Positions 10,581 through 20,305 of a stretch of 50,977 bases of DNA are shown here, piece by piece; position 1 is the stretch's first letter; the number at the start of each line of letters is the position of its first letter. The position numbers and the translations under genes were made by a program. The stretch is taken from contig JABMRD010000009.1 in NCBI GenBank assembly GCA_013202875.1, positions 1 through 50,977 on the forward strand, read 5' to 3'. The notes below the pieces were generated by a model, which saw nothing but the letters and a program-made list of their open reading frames with translations, was not told where the DNA came from and did not search any database. The DNA comes from Actinomycetota bacterium (GTDB lineage Bacteria > Actinomycetota > Humimicrobiia > Humimicrobiales > Humimicrobiaceae).

Positions 10581-10805
10581 ATGTGTTTAGCCATACCGGC
10601 AAAGATAATTAAAATAAATAAAAACATAGCTGAAGTTGAAAGTTTTGGAGTAAAAAAAGAAGTTGATATTTCTCTCACTCCAGACGCCGGGGTAGGAAAT
10701 TTTGTTATAGTACATGCCGGATTTGCCATACAGATTATAGATGAAGAAGACGCTCGGGCCGCCCAGAGTTATTGGAAGGAATACTTAGGTGAAAAAGAAA
10801 ATTAA
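10581..10805 (+). CDS. hypC: Hydrogenase assembly chaperone HypC
   Basis: 74 aa. It starts MCLAIPAKI, with the invariant N-terminal Cys. Confidence 0.9.
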   Translation: MCLAIPAKIIKINKNIAEVESFGVKKEVDISLTPDAGVGNFVIVHAGFAIQIIDEEDARAAQSYWKEYLGEKEN

Positions 10806-11859
10806 AGAACTGGTTGAATTCTTAAATAAAAATAAACCTGTCCGTAGTATAAATATAATGGAAGTCTGCGGGACTCACACTATGGCCATATCCAGATATG
10901 GATTAAGACAGCTGATTCCTGAAAATATAAACCTTATAAGTGGACCAGGGTGCCCGGTTTGTGTTACCCCTACCAGCGATATAGACTGGATAATCGAGAT
11001 TGCAAGACAGTACGATGTCTCCGTATTTACTTTTGGGGATATGTTCAGGGTACCCGGTACTGAATCAAGCCTTTATAATGAAAGATCAAGAGGTAGAGAT
11101 ATAAAGATATGCTACTCCCCTGCTGATGTTTTAAATTTTGCTAAAAACAATCCGGATAAAAAAGTAATTTTCATAGCTATCGGTTTTGAAACCACCGTTC
11201 CCCTGACATCTGTTATTGTAAAAAGAGCATATAAGGAAAATATTGATAATTTCTTTATATATAATACCCATAAACTTGTACCGGAAGCACTGGAACTTCT
11301 TCTTGTGGACAGAGAAGTAAAAATTAATGCTTTCCTTTGCCCCGGACACGTTTCTGTTATTATCGGAAGTAAACCTTATAACTTCATAGCAGAAGATTAC
11401 CATATACCCTGTGTTATAAGCGGTTTTGAACCTATGGATATACTGGAATCTATAGCAACCATAATCAGACAGATAAATAAAGGCATAGCAGAGGTTGAAA
11501 TTCAGTACAGACGGGTAGTCAGAGAAGAAGGAAATCCTACAGCAGTAAAATTAATGTATGAGGTATTTGACAAGTCAGATTCGTTATGGAGAGGTCTCGG
11601 GAATATTTCCGGAAGCGGTTTAAAGTTAAAAAATAAATTTTTAAAATTTGATGCTAAGACTTTCTTTCCAGTAAAAAGAATTAAATCCAGAGAACCTGCC
11701 GGTTGTGAATGTGGGGATGTTCTTAAGGGAATAAAAAAGCCTGCAGAATGCAGGCTATTCTCAAAAATCTGTAAGCCAGAAAATCCTGTTGGACCATGCA
11801 TGGTCTCAAGCGAAGGGTCGTGTGCAGCTTATTATAAATATGAAAAATTAAAAGTCTAA
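10789..11859 (+). CDS. hypD: Hydrogenase maturation Fe-S protein HypD
   Basis: 356 aa. Motifs are MEVCGTHT, GPGCPVCVTP, GFETT and the C-terminal PCMVSSEGSCAAYY. It has a GTG start overlapping the hypC end. Confidence 0.95.
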   Translation: MKKKIKELVEFLNKNKPVRSINIMEVCGTHTMAISRYGLRQLIPENINLISGPGCPVCVTPTSDIDWIIEIARQYDVSVFTFGDMFRVPGTESSLYNERSRGRDIKICYSPADVLNFAKNNPDKKVIFIAIGFETTVPLTSVIVKRAYKENIDNFFIYNTHKLVPEALELLLVDREVKINAFLCPGHVSVIIGSKPYNFIAEDYHIPCVISGFEPMDILESIATIIRQINKGIAEVEIQYRRVVREEGNPTAVKLMYEVFDKSDSLWRGLGNISGSGLKLKNKFLKFDAKTFFPVKRIKSREPAGCECGDVLKGIKKPAECRLFSKICKPENPVGPCMVSSEGSCAAYYKYEKLKV

Positions 11860-11877
11860 CATTTAAAAGATATCAAT

Positions 11878-12912
11878 ATGACAATCAATAAAAATAAAAA
11901 ATTCAAGGACAAAATCATTCAGCTCTCTCATGGTGATGGTGGAATTAAAACAGGAGAACTTATTAATAATCTCCTGCTTAAATATTTTGGAAATGAAATC
12001 TTAAATAAGCTGGAAGATAGTGCGGTTCTTAATTGCAGTGGTAAGAGGATTGCTTACACCACTGACAGCTTTGTGGTAAATCCTATATTCTTTCCCGGTG
12101 GAGATATTGGGAAACTGAGCATATGCGGTACCATAAACGATCTTGTAACTACCGGATGCACCCCTGTGGCGATGAGCCTTTCATTCATTCTGGAAGAAGG
12201 CTTTCCTGTCCCTGACTTTGAAAAGATACTTTTATCAATAAAAAATACCACCTTGGATACCAATTTAAAAATAGTTACAGGTGACACTAAAGTAGTTGAA
12301 AAAGGAAGCGCTGATAAAATTTTTATAAATACATCCGGTATAGGATTTTTCGGAAATAACATAGATATATCTCCACGCAAAATAGAAGTAGGAGATAAGA
12401 TTCTGATTAACGGAGGTATTGCCGAACACGGTACGGCTATACTAAGCAGCAGAAAAGAATTTAATTTTAAAACCAGTATAGTAAGCGACTGTGCTCCCCT
12501 GTCTTCCATGGTTAATGATATGCTGTCAGCATCTAAAAAAATCCATGCTTTAAGAGATGCCACCAGGGGAGGCCTGGCTTCTATACTTTTTGAACTGGCA
12601 AGAGCTTCCGAAATTAATATTAATATACACGATGATAAAATTCCGGTTAAAAAAGAGGTGCGCGGCATATGTGAGTTCCTGGGACTTGATCCTCTATACA
12701 TTGCCAACGAGGGCAAAATGGTTGTTTTTGTAGACAGAAAGGATGCAGACAAAGTACTTAAGGCAATGAAAAAAAATAAGTACGGAAAAGACAGCCAGAT
12801 CATCGGTGAAGTAACTGAAAAAGGTGAAGGTCTGGTTATTTTAGTTACAGAACTGGGCACAAGAAGAATTCTTGACCTTCAATACAGTGAACAGCTCCCC
12901 AGAATATGTTAG
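11878..12912 (+). CDS. hypE: Hydrogenase maturation carbamoyl dehydratase HypE
   Basis: 344 aa. It has a PurM-like fold signature and the C-terminal PRIC motif. Confidence 0.95.
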   Translation: MTINKNKKFKDKIIQLSHGDGGIKTGELINNLLLKYFGNEILNKLEDSAVLNCSGKRIAYTTDSFVVNPIFFPGGDIGKLSICGTINDLVTTGCTPVAMSLSFILEEGFPVPDFEKILLSIKNTTLDTNLKIVTGDTKVVEKGSADKIFINTSGIGFFGNNIDISPRKIEVGDKILINGGIAEHGTAILSSRKEFNFKTSIVSDCAPLSSMVNDMLSASKKIHALRDATRGGLASILFELARASEININIHDDKIPVKKEVRGICEFLGLDPLYIANEGKMVVFVDRKDADKVLKAMKKNKYGKDSQIIGEVTEKGEGLVILVTELGTRRILDLQYSEQLPRIC

Positions 12913-13037
12913 TTGTCCGTTTAAAATATATTAAACTACTTACCTATTTCTTCTTTAACTATTATTATTGTAATATTTTATAAATATAGACGTTTGATAA
13001 AATTACTTATACACTAATTATACCGAAACATTTTATT

Positions 13038-13382
13038 CTATGTTTCTACTGAAATTATTTTAATCTCATCATCACTTATAAACTTAATATTTCTACCGGA
13101 ACATTTAGGACACTCTGTAACAAAAAGATTTTCAATATTGGATATTTCCTTACAATCCCCGCACTTAATCTGTGCTTTTTTCTTTTTAAATTTTAATTTA
13201 GCACTTTTTAAAATATTATTATCCTTAGTTAAAAAATTGTAATAGAACTCAATAGAATCAGGTTCAATGTGTGCAATTGAACTAATCTCAAAATTAATCT
13301 TTTTTATTTTTTTTATTTTATTTTCTTTTACTACCTTATTCAATATGTCCAAAATCGAGCAGGTAATAGAATATTCATGCAT
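13038..13382 (-). CDS. hypA: Hydrogenase nickel insertion protein HypA
   Basis: 114 aa. It has the MHE N-terminal nickel site and a zinc site, CGDC..CPKC. Confidence 0.85.
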   Translation of the reverse strand: MHEYSITCSILDILNKVVKENKIKKIKKINFEISSIAHIEPDSIEFYYNFLTKDNNILKSAKLKFKKKKAQIKCGDCKEISNIENLFVTECPKCSGRNIKFISDDEIKIISVET

Positions 13383-13404
13383 AGCAATTTACAATTATCT
13401 CAAG

Positions 13405-13902
13405 CTAATCTCTTTTTATCTCATCCATTATCAGTTTGCATACCCTGGGGATTGAATCAAGAAGCACCTTTGAAATACCCATGGAAACACTCTCAGGAAT
13501 ATTTTCTACCTGACAGGAAAAGATTTTTATATAAATCTTACACTGGTCTTTTAGTTCTTTTAATAAATTTGAAGTAGGGAGTTGATGCATTGAGAAATCA
13601 TCTATCTTTTTTTCAGGAATATCTTCAAGCTCAATCTCAAAAACCTCTCCCGGTATTTTGCCAACATCTAATGCATCAATAATAATTATCTTATCCGGCT
13701 TCTTAGGGGAAAGGACTACGTCAAACAGTATATTTCTGACACTGCATCCAGCATTTATTATTTCAACATTTCCTGGAATCGAATAATTTTTTTTAAAATA
13801 ATTAACTGTTTGAGGACCAAATCCATCATCGCCAAATAATATATTTCCACACCCTAAAATAAGGATTGGTTTTCTGTAACGGTCGGGAATATTATTTTGC
13901 AT
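13405..13902 (-). CDS. [NiFe] hydrogenase maturation endopeptidase (FrhD/HycI family)
   Basis: 165 aa. It has the ILGCGNILFGDDGFG motif and sits immediately downstream of the Mvh-type large subunit. Confidence 0.8.
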   Translation of the reverse strand: MQNNIPDRYRKPILILGCGNILFGDDGFGPQTVNYFKKNYSIPGNVEIINAGCSVRNILFDVVLSPKKPDKIIIIDALDVGKIPGEVFEIELEDIPEKKIDDFSMHQLPTSNLLKELKDQCKIYIKIFSCQVENIPESVSMGISKVLLDSIPRVCKLIMDEIKRD

Positions 13903-13904
13903 TT

Positions 13905-15347
13905 TTAGTTTTTATAAGTTTGAACTACTTTACCGGAAGCATCTACAATATCTACCTTGACTGCAATACTACCGTCCAAATTATGAGTTGCACATGACAG
14001 GCATGGATCATATGCACGAATCGCCATCTCTACTCTGTTTAATATACCCTGGTCATATTTTCCATCCTTGATCAAATCCATTGCTGTCCTTTTTACTGAC
14101 ATATTGATCGGAGCGTTGTTATGTGTGGTACCAACTATCAGATTTACATTGGTAACCATTCCATTTTCATCAGTTTCATAGTCATGAATCAGTGTACCCC
14201 TTGGTGCTTCAACACAACCAATTCCTCGAGCAGCGCGTGGTTTAACAGGAATCCTTATGTCCTTTGAAATTATTTCATGGTCTTCTAATAACTGGACTGC
14301 ATATTCTGCATTATATAGTAATTCAATCAATCTTGCCCAGTTATAAAGAAGTGTCAGCTGTACAGGCCTTCCGAATTCTTTACGATATTCTTCAAGTTCC
14401 TTCTGAGCAAGCGGTGTCTTTATCTTTTCACAGACATTCATTCTTGCAAGCGTATTGGTCCTGTAAACACCTACCGGATTATCCAGATCCATTGAAAGCT
14501 TACCTGCTTTTTTCATATATGGAAATTTCAGATATGTCCACGGTTCAATATGCTCGGCTATATAATCTGTATACTTATCATATGTAAAGTCTTCATAACT
14601 ACCGTCAGCCTGCATCATCCTTAAAACCCCATCATAGAGCTCAAGTGTACCGTCCTTTGTCACCGTTCCTAAAAATCCTGTTTTTATGACTCCCAGTGTC
14701 TTAACTGCTTCAATATACGGTGGAAAGATATTGTTCTTGGCATAATCAATCGAAAACTTTGCAAACTCAAGGACTTCCTTTGCCATTTTCAGCGCTTCAT
14801 CTCTTTCTTCGGAAGTCAAAACCTTGCTGTATCCTCCGGGAACCGCAGCAACCGGATGAATTGATTTTCCGGATATTATTTCCAGCATCCTTGCACCCAG
14901 GTGCCTGTTTCTTACGACTTTCTTTCCTATATCCGGAAACTTCTGCGCAATACCAATTACATTTCTTATACTATAATCAGCATCAGGTCCCATTACAAAA
15001 TCAGCTCCTGCCAGAAAGTAAAAATGTAGAATATGTTCTTCAGTGAAAGCAATAGAATTACAAAGTTCCCGGAGCTTTCTTGCAGCAGACGGTATCTTTA
15101 CCCCGAAAATAGCATCACATGCTTTTGCACTGGCTAGATGATGTGACCATGGGCATACCCCACAAATACTGGTAACAATTCTTGGAAGTTCCTCAACAGG
15201 CCTGCCAATACAAAATTTTTCAAATCCCCTGAGTTCAACAACATGAACCATTGTATCACTGACATTTCCACTATCATCTAATTGTATGGTAATTTTTGCA
15301 TGACCTTCAATTCTCGTTACTGGTTGAATAACAATTTTTTTACCCAT
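13905..15347 (-). CDS. mvhA: [NiFe] hydrogenase large subunit, Mvh-type (group 3c-like)
   Basis: 480 aa. The N-terminus reads PVTRIEGHAKITIQLDD..RGFEKF..RIVTSICGVCPWSHH. By memory it is nearly colinear with methanogen MvhA. The C-terminal DPCLSCATH is followed by a 25-aa cleavable tail. Confidence 0.9.
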   Translation of the reverse strand: MGKKIVIQPVTRIEGHAKITIQLDDSGNVSDTMVHVVELRGFEKFCIGRPVEELPRIVTSICGVCPWSHHLASAKACDAIFGVKIPSAARKLRELCNSIAFTEEHILHFYFLAGADFVMGPDADYSIRNVIGIAQKFPDIGKKVVRNRHLGARMLEIISGKSIHPVAAVPGGYSKVLTSEERDEALKMAKEVLEFAKFSIDYAKNNIFPPYIEAVKTLGVIKTGFLGTVTKDGTLELYDGVLRMMQADGSYEDFTYDKYTDYIAEHIEPWTYLKFPYMKKAGKLSMDLDNPVGVYRTNTLARMNVCEKIKTPLAQKELEEYRKEFGRPVQLTLLYNWARLIELLYNAEYAVQLLEDHEIISKDIRIPVKPRAARGIGCVEAPRGTLIHDYETDENGMVTNVNLIVGTTHNNAPINMSVKRTAMDLIKDGKYDQGILNRVEMAIRAYDPCLSCATHNLDGSIAVKVDIVDASGKVVQTYKN

Positions 15348-15426
15348 TTTTCCTCCTCTTTATCTTAGCTATCGGTATCAACTGATGTAATAAATCAATC
15401 TTAAACCGAAATTATCTAATAAGTTT

Positions 15427-16353
15427 CTAGGGTCTCTTGGGCAACGGTCTTAGCCTGCCCTGTGCCCCAATATACCTCTGAAATGTAGACCGCCTGTCAA
15501 GGATCAGCTTTGGGTCCAGGCCAATACTTGAAAGTGCTCCCATCATCTCGACCATTGGATTTGCTCCCGCTCTTATCGGACCAAAACAGCCCCTGCAGGG
15601 CATAAATGCTTTAATACATCTTGGAACTTTTTCACTGCCCCCACAACCGGACTTTGTTACGGGACCAAGACATAGAAAGCCGAGTTCCATAAAACATCTT
15701 GAATCTTCTAATTTCTGACCGGGTGGTACTATCGATTCCAATGGTCTTTTTATTGCTGTAATCGCCTTTTTTTCTCTTTTAGCAGGGCAATCATCACAAA
15801 CACTTCGTTCCGGTATTTCAAATGTCTTGCCTTCAAGCAGCGCAGTCAGTGCCTGGACAATAAGCTCGGGTGTAGTCGGACAGCCGGGAATATAGACATC
15901 TACTTTAACTACTTCATCTATTGCGTAAACTCTATCGGTCAGGGGTGGGATATCTACTGAAGGAGTATCAGCTGAATCTGTAGTCTTTGACTGCCTGAAA
16001 ACCTTATCATAAAGCTCTTCCAGTGGATATTGATTTGCCAGAGCAGGAATTCCCCCGAAACATGCACAGGAGCCGAGTGATATAAGTGTGTTGCATTTTT
16101 TTCTCATTTCCTCTGTAACATGTTTTTCTTTCTCATTTCTTATCCCGCCTGATATGATCCCGATATCCGCTTCCGGTATCTCCATTTCTGTTTTCTCACC
16201 TGTCTGACCAAAATACTTGTGATCCATAAGAACCGGCATGTGTACAAACTCCAGCTTGGGTAATAAATCAAGCAGTGGTTCTCCAATGTCTAAAATAGTT
16301 ACTTCACAACCCCCACAAATATTTAACCACTCTTCCGCAACTTTTACTGGCAT
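15427..16353 (-). CDS. mvhG: [NiFe] hydrogenase small subunit, Mvh-type
   Basis: 308 aa from the ATG at 16353, with a GAGAGGAGAG Shine-Dalgarno upstream. The track's start at 16392 would overlap the preceding ORF. Motifs are WLNICGGCE and SLGSCACFGGIP, with cysteine-rich distal cluster motifs. Confidence 0.85.
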   Translation of the reverse strand: MPVKVAEEWLNICGGCEVTILDIGEPLLDLLPKLEFVHMPVLMDHKYFGQTGEKTEMEIPEADIGIISGGIRNEKEKHVTEEMRKKCNTLISLGSCACFGGIPALANQYPLEELYDKVFRQSKTTDSADTPSVDIPPLTDRVYAIDEVVKVDVYIPGCPTTPELIVQALTALLEGKTFEIPERSVCDDCPAKREKKAITAIKRPLESIVPPGQKLEDSRCFMELGFLCLGPVTKSGCGGSEKVPRCIKAFMPCRGCFGPIRAGANPMVEMMGALSSIGLDPKLILDRRSTFQRYIGAQGRLRPLPKRP

Positions 16354-16369
16354 AATTTCTCTCCTCTCT

Positions 16370-16573
16370 CTAAATAGTAGGTTGACCTTCAACTATAACT
16401 TCTTCTACAACTCTGCGGGTAAATATATAATATTTTTTCTCTTCCTCAAACACCTCCGTTTCAAATCCATCTTTTTTATATTTTTGAGCTACATCCAAAG
16501 CACTCTTTTTATCAGGATAATCTTTCCCATCCCACATATATTTTTTTCCATTAATTATTCTTGCTAATTGCAC
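16370..16573 (-). CDS. Small conserved-looking hypothetical protein (67 aa) between mvhD and mvhG
   Basis: The ORF fits tightly between neighbours, with 10-nt and 16-nt gaps. Its composition is charged and globular-looking, with no Cys. I do not recognise a family. Confidence 0.5.
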   Translation of the reverse strand: MQLARIINGKKYMWDGKDYPDKKSALDVAQKYKKDGFETEVFEEEKKYYIFTRRVVEEVIVEGQPTI

Positions 16574-16583
16574 CTTTTACCTT

Positions 16584-17006
16584 TCACGTTTTAAATGGAC
16601 TGGGGCCCAATTTTTTTATTGTTTCCGTAAATTCAGTCATTACCTGAGCAAACTTTGGACCCTCTGAAGCTGAAACCCATTCCAATCTGAATCTCTCATC
16701 TTCTATTCCGAAATCCTCAAGCATAAGCCTGATTGCATCTGCTCTCTTTTCTGCCTTTAAATTACCATCTAAATAATGGCAATCCCCTGGATGGCACCCA
16801 CATATTATAACACCATCAGCACCTTTCGTTAAGGCATCTATCACTAAATTCGGATGAATCATCCCAGAACACATTACTCTTATTATACGAATATTTGTAG
16901 GATACTGCATTCTCGATGTCCCGGCTAAATCGGCTCCGGCATAGGAACACCAGTTGCAGCAGAATCCTATAATTAATGGCTCAAATTTTTCTCCAGTATT
17001 GTTCAT
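16584..17006 (-). CDS. mvhD: MvhD/FlpD-type [2Fe-2S] electron-transfer subunit
   Basis: 140 aa. It has the FCCNWCSYAGADLAG and CGCHPGDCHY signature motifs of the methyl-viologen-reducing hydrogenase delta subunit. Confidence 0.9.
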   Translation of the reverse strand: MNNTGEKFEPLIIGFCCNWCSYAGADLAGTSRMQYPTNIRIIRVMCSGMIHPNLVIDALTKGADGVIICGCHPGDCHYLDGNLKAEKRADAIRLMLEDFGIEDERFRLEWVSASEGPKFAQVMTEFTETIKKLGPSPFKT

Positions 17007-17008
17007 TT

Positions 17009-20000
17009 TTATGATACCTCCAATGCGGCATTAACCATAGCTGATATTTGTTCAAGTTTAAATCCTCTGACAAATATACCTATTTTAGGGCAGGTAGCCT
17101 GACAAACACCGCATCCTTTACAAGCAGACTCATCCACCTCGACAGTTTTCTTTATTGCACCGTCCTTCATATATTCAATCAAGGTTATAGCATTATATGG
17201 GCACGGGTCTATGCAGTATGCACAACCATCACAGTTTTCATCTATTACCTGGGATATATTTGCCTCTAATTCTATAGTTTCTTTAGAAAGTATGGTACTC
17301 GCTCGTGCCGCCGCACCGCAAGCCTGGGTGATACTTTCTTCAATTGATTTTGCCGAATGAGCAAGGCCGCACAAAAAGACCCCTTCCGTAGCAAAATCAA
17401 CCGGACGGAGCTTCATGTGCGCTTCCAAAAAGAAATTGTCCTGATCTAATGGTATTTTTAACATTTGAGCAAGGTCTTTGTTTTTCGGATGGGGAATAGT
17501 CGCCGCAGACAGGACTAAAAGGTTAGTATTGATAGTAACCGGCATACCCAAGATCGGATCGACCAGGGAAACTTTTAACACACCGTTTTGTTTTGCTACC
17601 TCCGGTTTTTTATCCTTCTCATACCTGATAAAAATTACTCCCATCTGGCGCGCTTTAGTGTAATAGCTTTCTCTAAATCCATAGGTCCTCATATCCCTGT
17701 AGAGGACAAATACATTTGCCCGTGGGTTAATCTCTTTTATTTTTATGGCATTCTTGACTGCTTCAGAACAGCATACCCGGCTGCAGTAAGGTCGCTCATC
17801 ATCTCTTGAACCGACACACTGGATCATAACCACTGTTTTCAGCGCCCGTGTATCAATGCCCGTTTCCTTGTGCTCAGAGCTAGCCGCTAACCATTTTTCC
17901 AGTTCGAGTTGAGTCATTACTTTTTCATCTTCACCGTATAGATATTCAGTTGGTTTGTATTCCCGAGCACCAGTAGCAACAATTACAACTCCATGGTTTA
18001 TCTCAATCTTCTTGCTACCGCTCCCTGTTTTCTGCTTTGCACTACCTGTCTCTATTGTTGTCTTGAAATTACCAAAAAACCCTTCAATATTTAATATCTT
18101 TGTATCGGTATAAAGATGAATCTTATCATTTCCCTTAACACGTTCAATTAAAAAAGCCATCTGTTTTTGCGGTTTTTCTCCATTTAATAGAAAATGTATA
18201 CGCCTTAGGTTCCCACCCAATTGCTTCTCCTTCTCTACCAGATACACCTCATAACCCTGCTCTGCTATCTCCATGGCTGCACTTATACCGCTCAGCCCTC
18301 CACCAATAACCAGAGCGCTGTGATTTACACTGACTTTCCTCCTCTGCAGTGGTTCTAATAATCGCACTTTGGACACTGCCATCCGCACCAGGTCTTTTGA
18401 TTTTTGAGTAGCTTTTTCCGGCTCGTGCATATGCACCCAGGAACACTGGTCACGGATATTAGCCATTTCAAATAAGTAAGAATTGAGCCTTGCCTCGCGG
18501 ACGGTATTCCGGAATAGTGGTTCGTGCGTCCTGGGAGTACAGGAAGCAACAACTACCCGGTTAAGATTATGTTCCTTAATCAAATCTTTAATCCTCTCCT
18601 GGGTATCATTTGAACAGGTATAAAGATTATTCTCAGCATAAACCACATCAGGTAAGGTTTTTGCATATTCCACTACCTCGGGAACATTCACCACACCGGC
18701 TATGTTTGACCCGCAGTGACAGATAAATACACCAATACGCGGACTCTGACCGGTGACATCTTTCTCCGGAGGATATTCTTTGGCCTTGATCAAAGTTCCT
18801 CGCGCTTCAGAAAGAAGAGACAAAACCTTAGATGCTGCACCACCTGCTTGAGTCACTGTTTCCGGTATATCTTTAGGCTCGGTAAACGGCCCGCAGACAA
18901 ATATTCCTTCTTTGCTGGATTCAACTGGCCTAAAAGTATCGGTCCAGCAGAACCCATGCTCATTAAGTTTAATCCCAAACTTACTGTTAAGCTTTTTGGC
19001 CAGTTCCGGCGGCTGTATGCCAACAGATAAAACTACTAAATCATACTTCCCGGTCAACCTCTTCCCGTCATCTGTTACATAATTGATCTTGAGATTTTTT
19101 GTGTTTTGTATTTCTTCTACAGATGAGGGCCGGCATCTTATATATTTTACTCCAAGCTCTTTTGCCCTTTCATAATAAGCATCGAAACCTTTACCAAATG
19201 CACGAAGGTCCATAAAGAATATATCGCATTCCAGATCTTTGCCGGCATGCTCCTTGGCAATAATCGCCTCTTTAGTTGCATACATACAGCATATTGAAGA
19301 ACAGTAATCTCTTTCTGTATCCCTTGAACCAACACATTGGATAAAAGCGATCCTTTTCGGTGCAAGTTTATCCGAAGGCCTCAAAACCTTACCTTCATAC
19401 GGGCCGGAAGTGCTTAATATTCTTTCAAATTCAAGAGCAGTTACAACATTAGGATAGTTTAAATAACCGTATTCTAATTTTTCCCCTGCATTAAAAATAT
19501 CGTAGCCCGGAGAAAAAATCACTGAACCGACTTTTAAATCAATCTTTTCTTCTTTTTGATCATAATCAATGGCATCTGCTTCACAAAATTCCTTACATAT
19601 TTCACATTCATCACGAAGCATATGGACACAATACCGGTCATCAATGGTAGCTTTGTTGGGTATTGCCTGTGGATAAGGAATATATACAGCCGGCCTGGAG
19701 TTCAAACCCATATTATGTTCAAAGGGAATAGGGTGAGGTTCGTTTTTACTTACTTCAGGAAGCCTGATTTTTCCTGTGGGACAGATAAAATCACAAGCAC
19801 CACAGGCCTGACATACGTCAGAAGGCTTGCCAAAAGGTGATGTTACTTCTCGTCTCGGCCCCCGGCCTGAAAAACTTATTGCCGCTCTTCCCATTCGCTC
19901 CTCGCACATCCTTACGCACAGTCCACAAAGTGTACAGTCCTTATTCTTGAGTTTGATTCTTGTTTTCTCCACACCTAATTCTCTGGCAAGATTCTTAATC

Positions 20001-20305
20001 TCTTCTGAATCCGGGCACCTGGCCATCAGTAACTCTATCATTATTTTTCTTGTTTTTATAACCCTTTCCGAATCAGTCTGGACCACCAGACCTTCAAGTG
20101 CCGGATAGGTGCAGGATGCCTGAATTTCCGGAGGTCCCCCATTCTTACTTATCTCAACAAGACAAAGCCTGCAGGCACCGTAAGGTGAAAGCGCTTTATG
20201 CGAACATAGAGTTGGAATTTTTATTCCTGCTTTATCAGCAGCTTTTAGGAGAGTTAACCCTTCCTCTATTTCAATCTTTTTATCATTTATTGTTAGTGAT
20301 ATCAT
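17009..20305 (-). CDS. hdrA: Fusion protein: HydA/NuoG-N-terminal-like [2Fe-2S]+[4Fe-4S] module + HdrA lacking its first FAD-binding segment + second HdrA-like unit + C-terminal 2x[4Fe-4S]
   Basis: 1098 aa. Residues 1-70 read TINDKKIEIEEG..LCSH..GACRLCLVEI..ASCTYP, a plant-type 2Fe-2S module as in NuoG/HydA N-termini. CTLCGLCVRMC and CQACGACDFICP follow. From AVYIPYPQAIP onward the protein is colinear with the 1014-aa HdrA at 29772-32816. Shared motifs are FIQCVGSRD, CSSICCMY, IGVFICHCGSNIAG, VIGGGLSGISAA, MIQCVGSRD..CSRVCC and CDGCAYC..CKGCGVC. Confidence 0.85.
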   Translation of the reverse strand: MISLTINDKKIEIEEGLTLLKAADKAGIKIPTLCSHKALSPYGACRLCLVEISKNGGPPEIQASCTYPALEGLVVQTDSERVIKTRKIMIELLMARCPDSEEIKNLARELGVEKTRIKLKNKDCTLCGLCVRMCEERMGRAAISFSGRGPRREVTSPFGKPSDVCQACGACDFICPTGKIRLPEVSKNEPHPIPFEHNMGLNSRPAVYIPYPQAIPNKATIDDRYCVHMLRDECEICKEFCEADAIDYDQKEEKIDLKVGSVIFSPGYDIFNAGEKLEYGYLNYPNVVTALEFERILSTSGPYEGKVLRPSDKLAPKRIAFIQCVGSRDTERDYCSSICCMYATKEAIIAKEHAGKDLECDIFFMDLRAFGKGFDAYYERAKELGVKYIRCRPSSVEEIQNTKNLKINYVTDDGKRLTGKYDLVVLSVGIQPPELAKKLNSKFGIKLNEHGFCWTDTFRPVESSKEGIFVCGPFTEPKDIPETVTQAGGAASKVLSLLSEARGTLIKAKEYPPEKDVTGQSPRIGVFICHCGSNIAGVVNVPEVVEYAKTLPDVVYAENNLYTCSNDTQERIKDLIKEHNLNRVVVASCTPRTHEPLFRNTVREARLNSYLFEMANIRDQCSWVHMHEPEKATQKSKDLVRMAVSKVRLLEPLQRRKVSVNHSALVIGGGLSGISAAMEIAEQGYEVYLVEKEKQLGGNLRRIHFLLNGEKPQKQMAFLIERVKGNDKIHLYTDTKILNIEGFFGNFKTTIETGSAKQKTGSGSKKIEINHGVVIVATGAREYKPTEYLYGEDEKVMTQLELEKWLAASSEHKETGIDTRALKTVVMIQCVGSRDDERPYCSRVCCSEAVKNAIKIKEINPRANVFVLYRDMRTYGFRESYYTKARQMGVIFIRYEKDKKPEVAKQNGVLKVSLVDPILGMPVTINTNLLVLSAATIPHPKNKDLAQMLKIPLDQDNFFLEAHMKLRPVDFATEGVFLCGLAHSAKSIEESITQACGAAARASTILSKETIELEANISQVIDENCDGCAYCIDPCPYNAITLIEYMKDGAIKKTVEVDESACKGCGVCQATCPKIGIFVRGFKLEQISAMVNAALEVS

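Noticed and set aside
12054-12860. Long antisense ORFs inside well-supported genes. Examples are 12054-12860 (268 aa, opposite hypE), 36765-37325, 8222-8761, 33893-34297, 24289-24735, 23290-23706, 45123-45548, 25053-25436 and 3077-3439.
   Set aside because: Each lies entirely within, and opposite to, a gene with clear family motifs. Their translations are low-complexity, Ser/Leu/Ile/Phe-rich, with no recognisable motifs. They are typical shadow ORFs.
13025-13046. A 7-bp inverted repeat GAAACAT/ATGTTTC with an 8-nt loop, considered as a possible terminator between the convergent hypE and hypA genes.
   Set aside because: It overlaps the hypA stop codon and has a short AT-rich stem. No U-tract follows on either strand.
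15427-16392. Longer N-terminal extensions proposed by the ORF track for mvhG (16392), hyhB copy 1 (37364), hyhS copy 2 (44537), the EF-G-like gene (4771) and the HdrA-fragment::NuoE gene (TTG at 26379).
   Set aside because: The extensions overlap the preceding genes or lack a Shine-Dalgarno. Internal ATGs at 16353, 37406, 44504, 4777 and 26376 have better ribosome-binding context and match family N-termini.
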